From the IMG/VR virus record IMGVR_UViG_3300029935_000001, positions 32,001 to 96,000 of that record: a stretch of DNA of 64,000 nucleotides. One strand, written 5' to 3'. A program made the position numbers and the translations under genes. Below, in pieces: positions 27,515-39,600 of the stretch (positions within the stretch are counted from its first letter, which is position 1; each line of letters begins with the position of its first letter). Below the pieces are notes generated by a model. It made no database searches. It saw nothing but the letters and a program-made list of their open reading frames with translations, and had not been told where the DNA came from. The stretch is from a virus (lineage: Duplodnaviria > Heunggongvirae > Uroviricota > Caudoviricetes).

Positions 27515-29887
27515 TTACCAGCTCTTGCGCCGGTCTAGTTCAGATACTTTCTGAACTAACAGTGCCACTTGTTTTTCTAAGGTACCAATAGTTAATTGCT
27601 GCTCTTTAATTGCTTCGATTAACAAGCCTACCATGTTTCCATACGCAACACTTAGATGTTCGCCGTCTTTAACTGCTTCGGGCAATACCTTTTGAACGTC
27701 TTGGGCAACAACACCAGTCTGGCGTTCGCCAGTGTCAATTCGGGTATAGGTGTACCCGGTTAGCTGCTGAACTTTTGCTACCGCGTCGGAGATCTTTACT
27801 AAATCTTTCTTGAGGCGCGCATCCGAATACGCTGTTACGTCACCAGTTGCGGTGAAGTTACCGTTACTCATATTAAAGGAGAACGGAGTGGTCGGCGCTC
27901 CGGTGCCGTCATCGTTGGGCGAGGCAATAAAATGTATATTATTGTCAGTAGTTGCACCGATTGCTTTAGCAACTGACGAGCTCCCCCGAGGCCAAAATAA
28001 TGCCGCCGTCGATGGCATCTGAATGCTTTTACGCCAGTTTGCGGTTGTAAAGGCAGCAGCCGAATTTGTTGCAACAATAGCGCCGGTCATAGTGCCGCCG
28101 CTCAGTGGCAGATAATCATGAGTGTGCGTAGCGGCAGCAGCGCCGATTTCGGCCAGCGACCACGAAATGTTAGCTGAACCGTTAACTGTCTTACCGGTTG
28201 CTCCAATTGTAAGAGTTCTTGCTGTGCCCCAGTTAGCAGTAGTAATATCCGCCGAGCCGTTAAAACTGGTTCCGTTGATATTACGAGGAGTGGCTAAAGT
28301 TGCAGCAGTGGTAGAAACAACACCGGTTAGGTTTGCTCCGCTACCGTAAAATTCTGTTGCGTACACGCCAGCCCACCGCAGCGCCGACGACCCTAAGTTG
28401 CTTGTATTAGTAGCAGCTGGAGTGATAGTGCCAAGACCAGTGTAGGCTCCAGAAATGCGGCCGTCGGGCACAGTACCAGTAGTTAATTGCGATGCGTTGA
28501 GTGCAGTAAGCGAAGCACCAGACCCAGCAAAAGTACCAAAGGTAGCAGTGCCAGTTCCAGTTAGGTTCACTAAGCCAGTGTATGAGCCACTGACACGAGC
28601 ATCGGGTATTACGCCCGAAGTGATTTGCGAAGCCGAAATGTTTCCATGCAGCGTAGAAGCATACACGTTGGCCCAGACTAACGAAGTAGACCCAAGATCG
28701 CTGTTGTTAGTAACCGATGGCGTGATAGTGCCTAGCCCTGCGTAGTTGCCACCAAGTCGGCCGTTTGGCACTGTTCCGGTGGTCAAATTATTGGCATTTA
28801 GGTTAGTTAGCGAAGCACCAGACCCAGCAAAAGTACCAAAGGTAGCAGTGCCAGAGCCAGTTAAGTTTACCAAACCGGTATACGATCCGCTAATACGAGC
28901 ATCAGGTACAGTACCAGTGGTTAATTGCGATGCGTTGAGCGCAGTAAGGTTTGTGCCGACTCCACTGAACGACGCAGCGGTTACAGCGCCGCCAACTGAT
29001 AATGCACCCGCAATTCCTACGTTACCGTTGTTGGCAATAGTAAGTGCTTCGGCGGTCATTGGCGTTTTAAACGTAAATGTGCCTAAAGCGCCGTCATTTG
29101 CTATAGTAACTGCTCGCGGAGACGTGCCTGTAACTGTTACTTTGTATTCGGATCCACTGCCGGCGGTGAGTTGATTGCCAAGAACACCAAAATTGCCTGC
29201 CACGGTCTGTGCGACGGTGTCGTTTTTACGGACATACTGTGCAGCAGCATGGCCGCCGAGGCCGTCGGCATTGGTTGCAGTGCCTGCGAGCACACGCGAC
29301 GGGCTAGCAGAAGAAAGGTTAATACCAGGTTGAATAGTTCCAAAACCAGCGATTGCTGGGTTAGGAGTAAAAGTTGCGTCCTTGCTAATAATCCCAACAA
29401 TTTGATCTTGAACTAACAATTGCACCACAACATGAGTGCCGCCGGTATTGTCTGTGATAATTGTCGGAATAGATCCGGACTGTCCAGTAGCAGCAGTATT
29501 AAGTGGGCCGACCACAATAAACGCATTCGAGCCTGTATCCCAAACTTTTAATTGTTTGGCGTTCGAATCCCACCAAAAGTCACCGTTATTATTACCGGTT
29601 GGAGCAGTAGTGCCAGCGATTGCACCGCCAAGCGAGCGGAACTGCGTGCCGTTGAATACCTTTAGCACGTTAGCTGCTTTGTCGTACCACAGTTGACCCA
29701 CGATTGGGTTAACTGGTTGCGTTGCGTTAGCGTGACTCTCTAAGAGTCGGAACATGTTTTCGTTTAAAAACTCACCGTACCCGGGGTAGTTTTTACCAAC
29801 CAGCGCTAATGAAGTGTCTGTATTAACAGTGCCGTCTGCAACTACTGCAAATATCGAGCCGTCTGTTTTATTAATTGTATAAGCCAA
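27515..29887 (-). CDS. tail fibre protein with C-terminal intramolecular chaperone (peptidase S74)
   Basis: MAYTINKTDG...LVGKNYPGYGE N-terminus; Gly/Thr repeats; GDVTAYSDARLK, GVVAQDV, VAYGN; TTG start with GGAG SD. Confidence 0.88.
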   Translation of the reverse strand: MAYTINKTDGSIFAVVADGTVNTDTSLALVGKNYPGYGEFLNENMFRLLESHANATQPVNPIVGQLWYDKAANVLKVFNGTQFRSLGGAIAGTTAPTGNNNGDFWWDSNAKQLKVWDTGSNAFIVVGPLNTAATGQSGSIPTIITDNTGGTHVVVQLLVQDQIVGIISKDATFTPNPAIAGFGTIQPGINLSSASPSRVLAGTATNADGLGGHAAAQYVRKNDTVAQTVAGNFGVLGNQLTAGSGSEYKVTVTGTSPRAVTIANDGALGTFTFKTPMTAEALTIANNGNVGIAGALSVGGAVTAASFSGVGTNLTALNASQLTTGTVPDARISGSYTGLVNLTGSGTATFGTFAGSGASLTNLNANNLTTGTVPNGRLGGNYAGLGTITPSVTNNSDLGSTSLVWANVYASTLHGNISASQITSGVIPDARVSGSYTGLVNLTGTGTATFGTFAGSGASLTALNASQLTTGTVPDGRISGAYTGLGTITPAATNTSNLGSSALRWAGVYATEFYGSGANLTGVVSTTAATLATPRNINGTSFNGSADITTANWGTARTLTIGATGKTVNGSANISWSLAEIGAAAATHTHDYLPLSGGTMTGAIVATNSAAAFTTANWRKSIQMPSTAALFWPRGSSSVAKAIGATTDNNIHFIASPNDDGTGAPTTPFSFNMSNGNFTATGDVTAYSDARLKKDLVKISDAVAKVQQLTGYTYTRIDTGERQTGVVAQDVQKVLPEAVKDGEHLSVAYGNMVGLLIEAIKEQQLTIGTLEKQVALLVQKVSELDRRKSW
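28509..28854. repeat. 46-bp exact direct repeat 300 nt apart inside the tail fibre
   Basis: AGCGAAGCACCAGACCCAGCAAAAGTACCAAAGGTAGCAGTGCCAG at 28509 and 28809. Confidence 0.92.
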
Positions 29888-29927
29888 GATCTTTCTCCGT
29901 GACGATTATATTGTCGATTATTACTAT

Positions 29928-30539
29928 TTATGCAGAACCACTGCTTGATATAGTTGTGAGCGCCTGAATACGAATGGTATAATCTATTTGTATCTGACGG
30001 TTCAATGATTTTTGCGTCGGGTGGAATACTACATGCGTAATTAATTTTAAATTATCCGCACTTCCGTTCCACACCTTTATACCAAGTTCGTCGAAAACAA
30101 ACGGGCCATTAGTGTCAACTGCGTTATCAAACGCTTGTTGCCCAGCAGGCTCGCCGTAGTCCAACAAGCACGATATCAATATATCTGTATACGGCTTGCC
30201 GGATGTATGCAAAACCGATAACTTATTTCTCGACGGATCTACGTTTGCAGCCGAGTTATTATCAACAACCTTAGCATAAGTTGGATTGTATAAGTTAGCA
30301 TTCTGGCCTATTACATTTGGGGGATTGTAAGCTATCAATCCCGTCGAATCGACGGTAGTACCGCCATTCCCAAACGCCATTGCATAAATTTTACCAACAG
30401 AATTATTTGCTATCGACTGAGCTAACGCTTCGGATAAATTTTCAAAATGAATAGCATTAGTTTTGTCAACAAAGACTTCGTTGGTAATCGGATCATATAT
30501 CTTTAAAAATCCAATTGCGGTTAAATTTCCAATTAGCAT
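29928..30539 (-). CDS. virion/baseplate structural protein
   Basis: NAIHFEN, FGNGG, LDYGEP, FDELG, HPTQKSLNR; in structural operon. Confidence 0.7.
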   Translation of the reverse strand: MLIGNLTAIGFLKIYDPITNEVFVDKTNAIHFENLSEALAQSIANNSVGKIYAMAFGNGGTTVDSTGLIAYNPPNVIGQNANLYNPTYAKVVDNNSAANVDPSRNKLSVLHTSGKPYTDILISCLLDYGEPAGQQAFDNAVDTNGPFVFDELGIKVWNGSADNLKLITHVVFHPTQKSLNRQIQIDYTIRIQALTTISSSGSA

Positions 30540-30542
30540 CAG

Positions 30543-30671
30543 TTAATCTCGCTGCTCAACATAAATTTCGCCCCTATTGGGGTCGTAAATCTTTATAAAA
30601 GCGTCAAAATGCAGCGCCGGTGTTTCGTCCGGCGTGCATTCAGGCACAGTTGCATTAGTAGTGTCGTCCAT
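30543..30671 (-). CDS. 42-aa peptide resembling the N-terminus of the next gene (not in ORF track)
   Basis: MDDTTNATVPECTPDETPALHFDAFIKIYDPNRGEIYVEQRD; TAAATA 4 nt upstream. Confidence 0.7.
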   Translation of the reverse strand: MDDTTNATVPECTPDETPALHFDAFIKIYDPNRGEIYVEQRD

Positions 30672-30688
30672 ACTATATTTATAGTCAA

Positions 30689-33600
30689 TCAATCACGCAA
30701 ATTCTGAACAAACGTTGTATCCTGTAGAGTCAGCGGCAACGACGTGTTTAGATACAAGCTCCGGTCATACGGGTGAGCAACTTCGCTCATTTTACTTATA
30801 TCAATAACCTCAGCACCAACTTGATGCTGGTTTACTCCAGTTCCAGCAGTTCCTCTGCGCAATCCTATTAGTTGCCCAAGTGCATTGTTTTTGTCTTTAA
30901 ACGTAATGCGCTCAGCACCGATTGTTACAACCCCAAACCTATGCGGTTGAGAAGCAGGCGCAGCCAACCGATTGGCGTCTAACACCTGTACCGTAGCAGT
31001 ATCATTGTCAAGGGCTGCAGTTAAGGTAGTTTTGTTTTTCATAGTGTAAAACTTAACTGAATCATTCATGTCTTTAAAAATGCGATATTCTAGCCCGCTT
31101 GGCACTACGTTGTTAGTCAGTGCCGTCACTGACAATACATCTGTAGCTGATATAACCGGGCGCAACAATTCAATATAGTTGCCTACTACACGAAAATCTA
31201 CTTCTGGTCGCAGCGGCATGCCATTTAATGTTGCCCATAAGCGGTTAATGTCTGCGTCTGGACGCCCAAGGTAAAATACATTAACTAAGCGGGTTAAATC
31301 TTCGTACAAATCAAATCGGTCGGAGTCGAACTCAACCGAATCATACGGATGCTGATTCACATAACCTTCTTCGGCTGGCCCGACAAATGTTTTTGTAAGT
31401 GCGCTCAATTGCCGAGTATCGTTGAAATCTACAATAGTAATTAAATCTCCTGCAGTGATACCTGCTTGAGGTTTAAGCCACAACTGTGTCTGCGCTGTGA
31501 TTTTATAATCCGCAACTGTGTCAATTGCTATTACCACCCGGGCATCAGGTGCAGCAGCTAACGTTACTGTTTGCGCAGATAAGTCAACTACATAATCAAC
31601 TAACAATTGCTGTTCTACATCGTTTACAAATACACGAACGTCAGACTCAACTATGCTTCCAGCATACCCAGCAGACTCCGACGGAAACTCATACACCGTG
31701 CCAACAGGTGCTATGAATTCTACCTGGTGAGCTGGTGACAATCTGCGGCCGTTGACCTCTACAAACGCATTGATAGAGTTAGCCCACAGTAACGGACGGC
31801 TTAGTGTGTAGGTTTCGCTAGCGGTTGCGGTCAAAGTTTGCAATTGCGGCATAGAATAATCAAAGCCAGAACTTCCAAAAACTACAACCGACACTCCACT
31901 TGCTGCTGGGCCGTCGAATACCACAGTAGTAGAATACCTATCGTTTTCTTCTACTGACACCGGAGCAACATTGATCCCGTTTACTATGGTTAACACTGCG
32001 CTGATATCACCTAAGCTTACTGGCACTACAATCTCAGTTGCAGTTGTTGAATAAAACGCCCGGTGCAATTGGTTGCCGCCACCGATTCCGTATACTACTA
32101 TCTTAAATAGGTTAGCATCGTTTGGCAAGTCGGTTACTGTTTGTGTATGCCAATTAACCGAATAATCAGCCCCTTCTTCTAGTAGCTGATTACTTTGCAA
32201 GTCTATAACACGCACAAACGAAGGCACTTGAACCAGGTTAGCAAACCCAATCTGCCCAGCAACCGGTTGTTTAGTTGCCGACTTCACTTCAAACGCAAAG
32301 CCTCGGCCGGTGTAGTCTGCGCCCGGTCGTTGATACACACGAAGATCTAATGTATCAAACGCAATACCGGGCATTAATTCCTCAGGTGCATGTGAATGGT
32401 GCACTGATATAAATTCATCGCCGTCGATGGTTGCAGCAGGATCAACTCCGTCAAACGCAGACTGTAAAATGGTGTTAAGTTCGTCGGGGTTTTCTGGCGA
32501 CCAATGTTTGCCATACACCCACGACGCGCCAAACCGGGTGCCTGGAATTACTAATCCAAGCTCGTTTCCGGGCATGTTTAGAGATGGCTGGTATGCCTCG
32601 GTTGTCCTGTCGGCTGCGCCAAAGTGCTCAAGTCGTGCACGGGCAACTTGCACTTCTTCAAAATACTCGGGACGGAACACCAACATCTGGGCCGACGGCT
32701 GGGTCGCTGCATAAACTTTCCCCGCGACTGTTACCAATTCGCGGGCAGCATACTCGGCAGCTGGCGACCATGCTGCTATATTAAACACTTCTGCAGCGTC
32801 TACACTGTAATCTGCTTCAAGACCGCGGGCTGCTAAAACAACTGGCGTGCCGACTACATAGTATTCGTGATCTTTTTTAACAATGTCGTCAGCTGTGTAT
32901 TGCACTGCGGATTGCCATTGTGTCACGTTTGCTTGATACTCGTAACGATCAAACTTTATAGCAGTTTTTTGTCTTCTGACGGAACCTGGGGTCATCACTG
33001 GTGTAAGTAAAGCGCCTGCGCCGCCGCCGCCGACGACATTAATCAATGGCGCAGATGTATAGCCGCTGCCAGGGTTACGGACCTCAACTCCGATAATATG
33101 ACCAGCGGAGCTCAGCCGGGCTACTAATTCCGCCGGCACTTCGGCGTCGCCTACAACTTCGAGGATCGGTCGCACGGTGTATCCATTTCCGGGAGAGACC
33201 ACTGCTACCGACTCGACACTAAGCAAATAGTTCTGAGCCCAATCAGCCCAGGGCATACTGGTCCAAATTGGATGGTCTATGGCATGCTCGTGTAGGCTGA
33301 TGCCGCCACTGGTTGTGACCACTGGACTAATAAATCGTTGTAACAACGGGTCGTAATACGCCGGGACATCAAAGTCAGTATAATGCCCGTTGGCTGTTTC
33401 GAGCGCCGAATATTTTGATGAAAATTCGCGAATCTTAGAGTGGTATGGTTTGCCTTCGTTTACAAAATCTAAAACAAAGTCTTGGTTGTCTCTCTTGTAA
33501 TATTCGTCTTGTTGCAACTCGCGAACGGTGTGTTCGACATCAATTAGCGAGGTTTTTGTTAACCATTCGGGCGCAATTTGTTCTGTCAGGATATAATTAA

Positions 33601-36600
33601 ACATCAACATTAGCGCAGCGTTTCGCTCGCCTGCTAAATCGTCTACTAACAGCTCTTCGTTGATTGCTTCAATTACTCGCCGAGTCTCTGTTGTAGGTTC
33701 CTGGTCAAAATAGGTTGAGTCATAAACTTCAAGATCAAAACCGTAATTCCCTAACGAGTAGTCGTAGATCTTCTCCGCAATTTGAATGGTGCCTTTTTCA
33801 ACTGCTACTCTTTGCCACTCATCACCGACGCGATCGTACAATTCCCAGTGCCCTGTTCCGTTGGTCCGCACCCGTACTAATGTACGGTCTGGGACCGACA
33901 GCCTGTCAAGCTCCGAGGCGTATCCAACTTCGGCAGACGGTTTCATGGCACTGTTATATCCAGGTGCATACCAGTTAACATAGTTCCAATATTGACGAGT
34001 GTCATAATATTGGACCTGAACCAGTTTTAATGTAAACACCGGACCGGCAACAGAAGCATTTTCAACTACTTCGTAGATCGCCCAGCGTCCGGCATTACGC
34101 GAATCATGTTCAACTAAGTACCGGAATCCGTTACCGTCGCTTGCTAAGTCTTGATATTGTAATTCAATTTCGGATAGCATGCGTTTGTTCCACGCTCCAG
34201 TGGCCGATCCGGGCGGCAGGTCATAAGTATTGAGAAGCTGAAATACTTTAGTTTCGCGAATCGGTGTTTGTAACAGCACTGAGTTAACACGAGTAATGTA
34301 GTTCTTTAACGCCGCAAATCGATCTTTAAACATCGATTGGCGCGGACGATAACTTACGCCATACATTTCAGCAGGCGAAAGCGTACGATCCGGTACTGCA
34401 TTGCCCAACGAGTCGACTCCGCAGAAGCTGTCAACAAATTTACGATACAACCGGGCAGACATAAACGACGATGGGTTGTTTTCTGCTATAAGCTCGTACT
34501 CAACATGAACATTATTATCAGTTTTGATTGTTTCGAACTCGACGTGCAATACAATGTCATCAGCCACTAACATTTCGCCAACGTTAAACAGCGCAACCGT
34601 ATCGGCAGCAACAAATGCCACATACGGCACTCCCGAAGTTTTCGGCAATTGAATATATCTTGCGATGTTTGCAGCGCTTAATGTTTTACCGCGAGCGGTT
34701 GCTACCGTTTGCGCGTTTTTAACCCAGAAATAATACCGTTCTTCAAATTGCCCTGAAATATTCAGCGTAGGTTCTAACGTATATTGATCAACCGAATATA
34801 CTTCGCCGGCGGTATACTCTGCAGGCGGAACCGCACTTTCAACCCATTCATATACTTCGATTGTGCTACCAGGAAACAGCTGGCTCCATCGCTGAGCACT
34901 ACTGCGACCAGTGGTTGAAAAGTAATCTAAATATCGGCAATTTTCAGTGTTCCACCATATTGAGCCTACTTCAGCTTCAGACCAGCGACGGCCTACATTT
35001 CCAACCGGGCCGTTGTTATAATACGCAGGATCAAAAGTTCCAATGTAATCGATGTTTTGGCGCGCAATGCCAAGAATCTTAGCCTGTAGCGGATCTATGT
35101 AGTCCAAGTCTGCTACTACTTCTTGAGTGGTTTTGTTGTATAAGTAAACGCTATTGATTCTCGAAATATCAACAATATTGCGCTGAGTAGAAACGGTTTG
35201 CCAAGCAGCAGCAGCCGCGTCGTTAGTAGCCACAAAAATGCGGCCTGCATTTTTGATTTGTACATAGCCATACGCTGTTGGATTTTCTACCAGCGCAGAG
35301 TCCGGCTGGTAGAAAATTGGATAATCGTTATTGCGGGCGCTTAGAATTTGTTTTACTGCATCAACGCGTGTTACAAATTGCGCGCCTAACCGATACACAT
35401 CAAGTAGCGGGGCAGAAACTACTAACTGATGATTGTCGCTTAGCGCTATTGCACTTCCGTACCGGCACGCTGTCTCAACTGAGTTATTAACAATTTGCTG
35501 CCCGAACACAAATTTGCCCGGGTTCTCGCTGTCGTCACGATTAACCAGCAAATCAAAAGAATATACCGCACCTGCGTTTATAATCTGATCAGACCACCGA
35601 GATGTAGCAAAGTCAAATGTTGTTTGATCGCGATCAAATGTTTGTGGCAACCGTGCATGAGCGCCTGGCGCGCCAACAAAAAGCATATTCGACGCCGGGT
35701 TGACACGAATAGTGGCTCCAAACTCAGCAAACTGATTTGGTTCCGGTTGCGTAATAGTTTGTACTAACTCGCACACCATAAACCCGTAGGTCTGTAACGA
35801 ACTACTTCCGTCCAGCGGCAGAATCGAAAGCATATTCAGAGGCTCAGCATTTGCAAGCGACCGCACACGTATTACCAATTGGCGGGACACTGTGTTAAAC
35901 TCTGCCACTACGTTTGGTACCGGCAAATCATTAATATTAGCAGCGAACTCTTCGGGCGTATCACCCGTTGCAACCTCTACCCCGTTGATCAGAACCGGGC
36001 TATTAGCCCATGTAATAGGCAAGTCAACAGTCGAACGCACTATTCCGTAAACACGACCAAAATTAACAAACCGTTCTACCGCGCCCGAGGACTGCGCGCC
36101 GGGCGCGCCGACGAATATACTGCACTTAGCTTGGCATATTTCAACTGCGGTGCCAAATAGAGCTCCGTCGGCAGCAGTGAGCTGAGTTAAGGTTTGTAAC
36201 GGACCGACATAGTCGTCGCCGATGGTTGCTATACTCAACCCATTGCGGCGATCGTTACGAGAATATACAAACACTGCACCGGCGTTTGTGCGCCCAGATA
36301 CAGTCTGATACGGTGCACCTATTACTAATTCTGCGCCATCGCTTGAGCATGCAAGCGACCTACCAAATCCATTGGCAGAGTTGGAAATTGTTTTAAACCG
36401 CCGGAAATGGGACTTGACAGCAATAACCGCAGGCGCAGCAGGTGGATCGGCGAACTCGATTACGTTTGTCGCAGAAATGGTATAGTCAATACCAAGACGC
36501 AAAACTCCACTATTGACTGTCACAACAACCGATTCTGGGCCGCTGTAATCAACAAACAAGCTGTCTAATGCTGTAGCGACGGGTCCGTCTGCTGTTATAA

Positions 36601-39600
36601 CTGTCTTTTTGCTGACACGGATTTGGCTACCCGCTGGCACCAACAAAGCAAAATTGATTGTTTTGTTAACCGGGTCGATGGTATAATCAACCAGTGGGGT
36701 TTGTAGCACATTGTCCACTAATACGTTAAGCTGCGTTGCTGCATTAACATCAACTTCATATCCAACTTGAGAAGTTGCCGCCTGGAGAGTTTGGTCTTCG
36801 AATATCGCATCTGCTACATCAACGCGCGTGAATACTTCAACGGTTGCTGAGCCCGGAGCGCCCACAAACAGCCACCGAGAGTCGGCACTCATTGCCAATG
36901 CATATCCCAATGCTGAACCAATATCGCCCACCAGCACTTGTTGAATGCCGTGAACCGACGAAGTTGGTTGCTGGTTGTAAATTGCAACATACCCACGGCC
37001 ACTGGCTGAGTCTGGGGAGCTCACAGCTACCCATGCGCCGTCGCCGACGGCGGCAGCATGTCCCAGATTGTTTACGTCTGGGAAATTAAATAAATTTAAC
37101 CACGAAGTCTCAGCAAATTCGGCACCGATTTTAGCATAAACATATGCCCCGTTGTCACCGGGCGCGCCGACCACCATTAAAGTTCCTTGAACGTTCTGAG
37201 CTAAGCTTGCTGCATACCCGGCCGACGACGATACCGTTGCGCCCGGAGCACCGGTGTCTTCGGGAAAATATTTTAAGGTGAGGCTGTTTTCAAAAGAGTA
37301 CGGACTTGTTCGTTCCACTACTCCCCATTTGTTATTGCCGATATCACGTACCCAAACCTTACTTCCGAGTCGAGTATGCCCAGCATGTGGCAGGTCAATG
37401 ATGTCGGAAATGCGGTCTACCACTGCAGAACGCATAACAAAAGCAACGCCCTGACCTATCATTTCGGTTTGGCCCCGAGCAAGACTAATTTCAAGTTGAA
37501 CACGCGATTCGTCGACAATTTTTTTGACCCTATACGCGCGATCGATTTGTGCGTCAAAATCTCGTATTACTATGATATCCGCAACATTTAATTTATGTGC
37601 CCGATTAAACGATACTATACTGGTCGAGTCGAGCTGATCGACTACCCGAACCACAAATGCAGGGACTGCAGCAGCCACGTAAACATCCCAATTATGTCTG
37701 TTTACTTTAGCTACCCAGACCTTAGTGCCAGCAACTATCCGAGTGAGTTGATTGTTTAACTCCGTCAAATCAGACAAGTCAAATACTGTTATATCAACAT
37801 CACTGATGTTTACAAACCCAGCAGTCGGCAATCCAATTGCTCTGTCTACCGACTCAACAGTTGGAAACACCTGGGCGGTTTGAATCGAAGCACTGCTTTT
37901 ATACAAACGCGATATCAGTACTGACTGGTCTGCATCGCTGTGCATGCCGGGCTCTATATACGAAACAATAGCTGGGTTAGCCCTCAGGCGATCTTCGTCT
38001 AACGCAACCTCGATATATTGCCTATTTGCATTAGCTCCGTATGTTGCGGCCTTTACTGCCCAATTTTCATAAACTTTATATCCGGTGAGATCAGACTCTA
38101 CGTTTGTAGAATTAAACATTTCAAGCGAAGGCAAGGTGCCTTTGGCTCGAATAAAGTCACTATAAACCTCAACTTGTGTGATGTCATCTAAGTTAATATC
38201 ACTTAGATACTTGCGAGGCCGGAATCCGATGATACCAAACGACAATAAATCAATATCTTGCTCTAAGTTTGCTTCCCTATTGTTGTAGAAATTACGTGCT
38301 TGTTCAGCCTTGGTAGCAATATTTGGTAGCAATCCACGCGGAGTAATGGCATAGTTAGAACGCTGCCATACTTGTGTGTCGAATGTCTCTGTTGGTATGG
38401 TCGGCTTAGAAGCCGACCAGTATTGATTTTTAAATCGGACAATTTCGCCTTTGGCGTAACGGCGATTCGGTGACCACTCAGTAACCGTGTCTTCGTTAAT
38501 AACAAACCCAGGCGCGGTTGGCAATCCAGACCAATTTGCAGTTTTGTTACCTGCCAACTTGACGCGCTGCTGACGAACACCAGATTCTAAGTCATAAATT
38601 ACGTCACCGAAAACACTCTTATTATCGAGCAACAAAATATGTTCAAATGATACCAGCGACAGCACCAAGCTTGAAATAATGTCGTCAGTGGCCGATTCGA
38701 GTACAAACTCGTGCCCGATTCTACTTACATACACATCGTTGACTTTGACTGTTTTTCGGTCGATGTTGACAATAGTGTGATCCACTCTGGACTCGTTTAA
38801 CGCGTCGACAACGGCGCCTGGCCGTTCAAATATCAATGCGTTAGCAGCTGGGTTTAGGTTAATTATAGCTCCAGCGGGCCAGGCCTGCTGAGACCACTGA
38901 ACAAACTCTTGTGCCATTGTCTGCCAGGTCAGCGCAACATTATTGTCAACATCGGTAAATTTAAACCCTACTTCTTCGAGGTATTTGCCGTAGCCAATTA
39001 AGAAATTAACTACAGCGTCTACACTCGACAACTCACTGCCATAGGGTATGCGCTGCGGTTGACCTTCAAAGTCACGAGCGTATTTTACTGTAGTTGCGCC
39101 AACTTGCACGGTGCGGTAGTTACTGTTCAAGACCACCGGGTACGCAGTGAAGAATGGTACCATTTCGTCATACCCACGCACGCTAAACCCGAGCTCGGTG
39201 CGCTGTATTACAACAGCACTATAGCGGACTGTATCAAACGCTGCGTTTTTATGCCGCACAATATCGTAGCTTTCGTCTGGCAATAGCAACGACGTGTTTG
39301 CTGATGTAGGCGATGTTTGCTCCGCAAAGATTTTTAAATATCGTTTGTCGCTAAATCCCGCTAAGCGGTATGCCAGCTTTACATTTGTAGCAGCGAATGT
39401 GTCAGTAATTGTTGCGGCTGCATCAATACCAAATCGGCGGGCATAATCAACTAACCAGTTTAAGTAGCTGTGGCGCGCAACATCATTTTTGACGGTTATT
39501 TCAGATAATTGAATACGCTTGTGATTATCAAGTAACCACTGGTCTAAGCTGTTATTATATCGATAATTGTCTTTGTCAAAGTTTAATGAAAGATATCGGG

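Noticed and set aside
27515-29887. Diversity-generating retroelement or invertible tail-fibre cassette
   Set aside because: No reverse transcriptase or invertase; repeats are in-frame tandem copies without adenine-specific variation.
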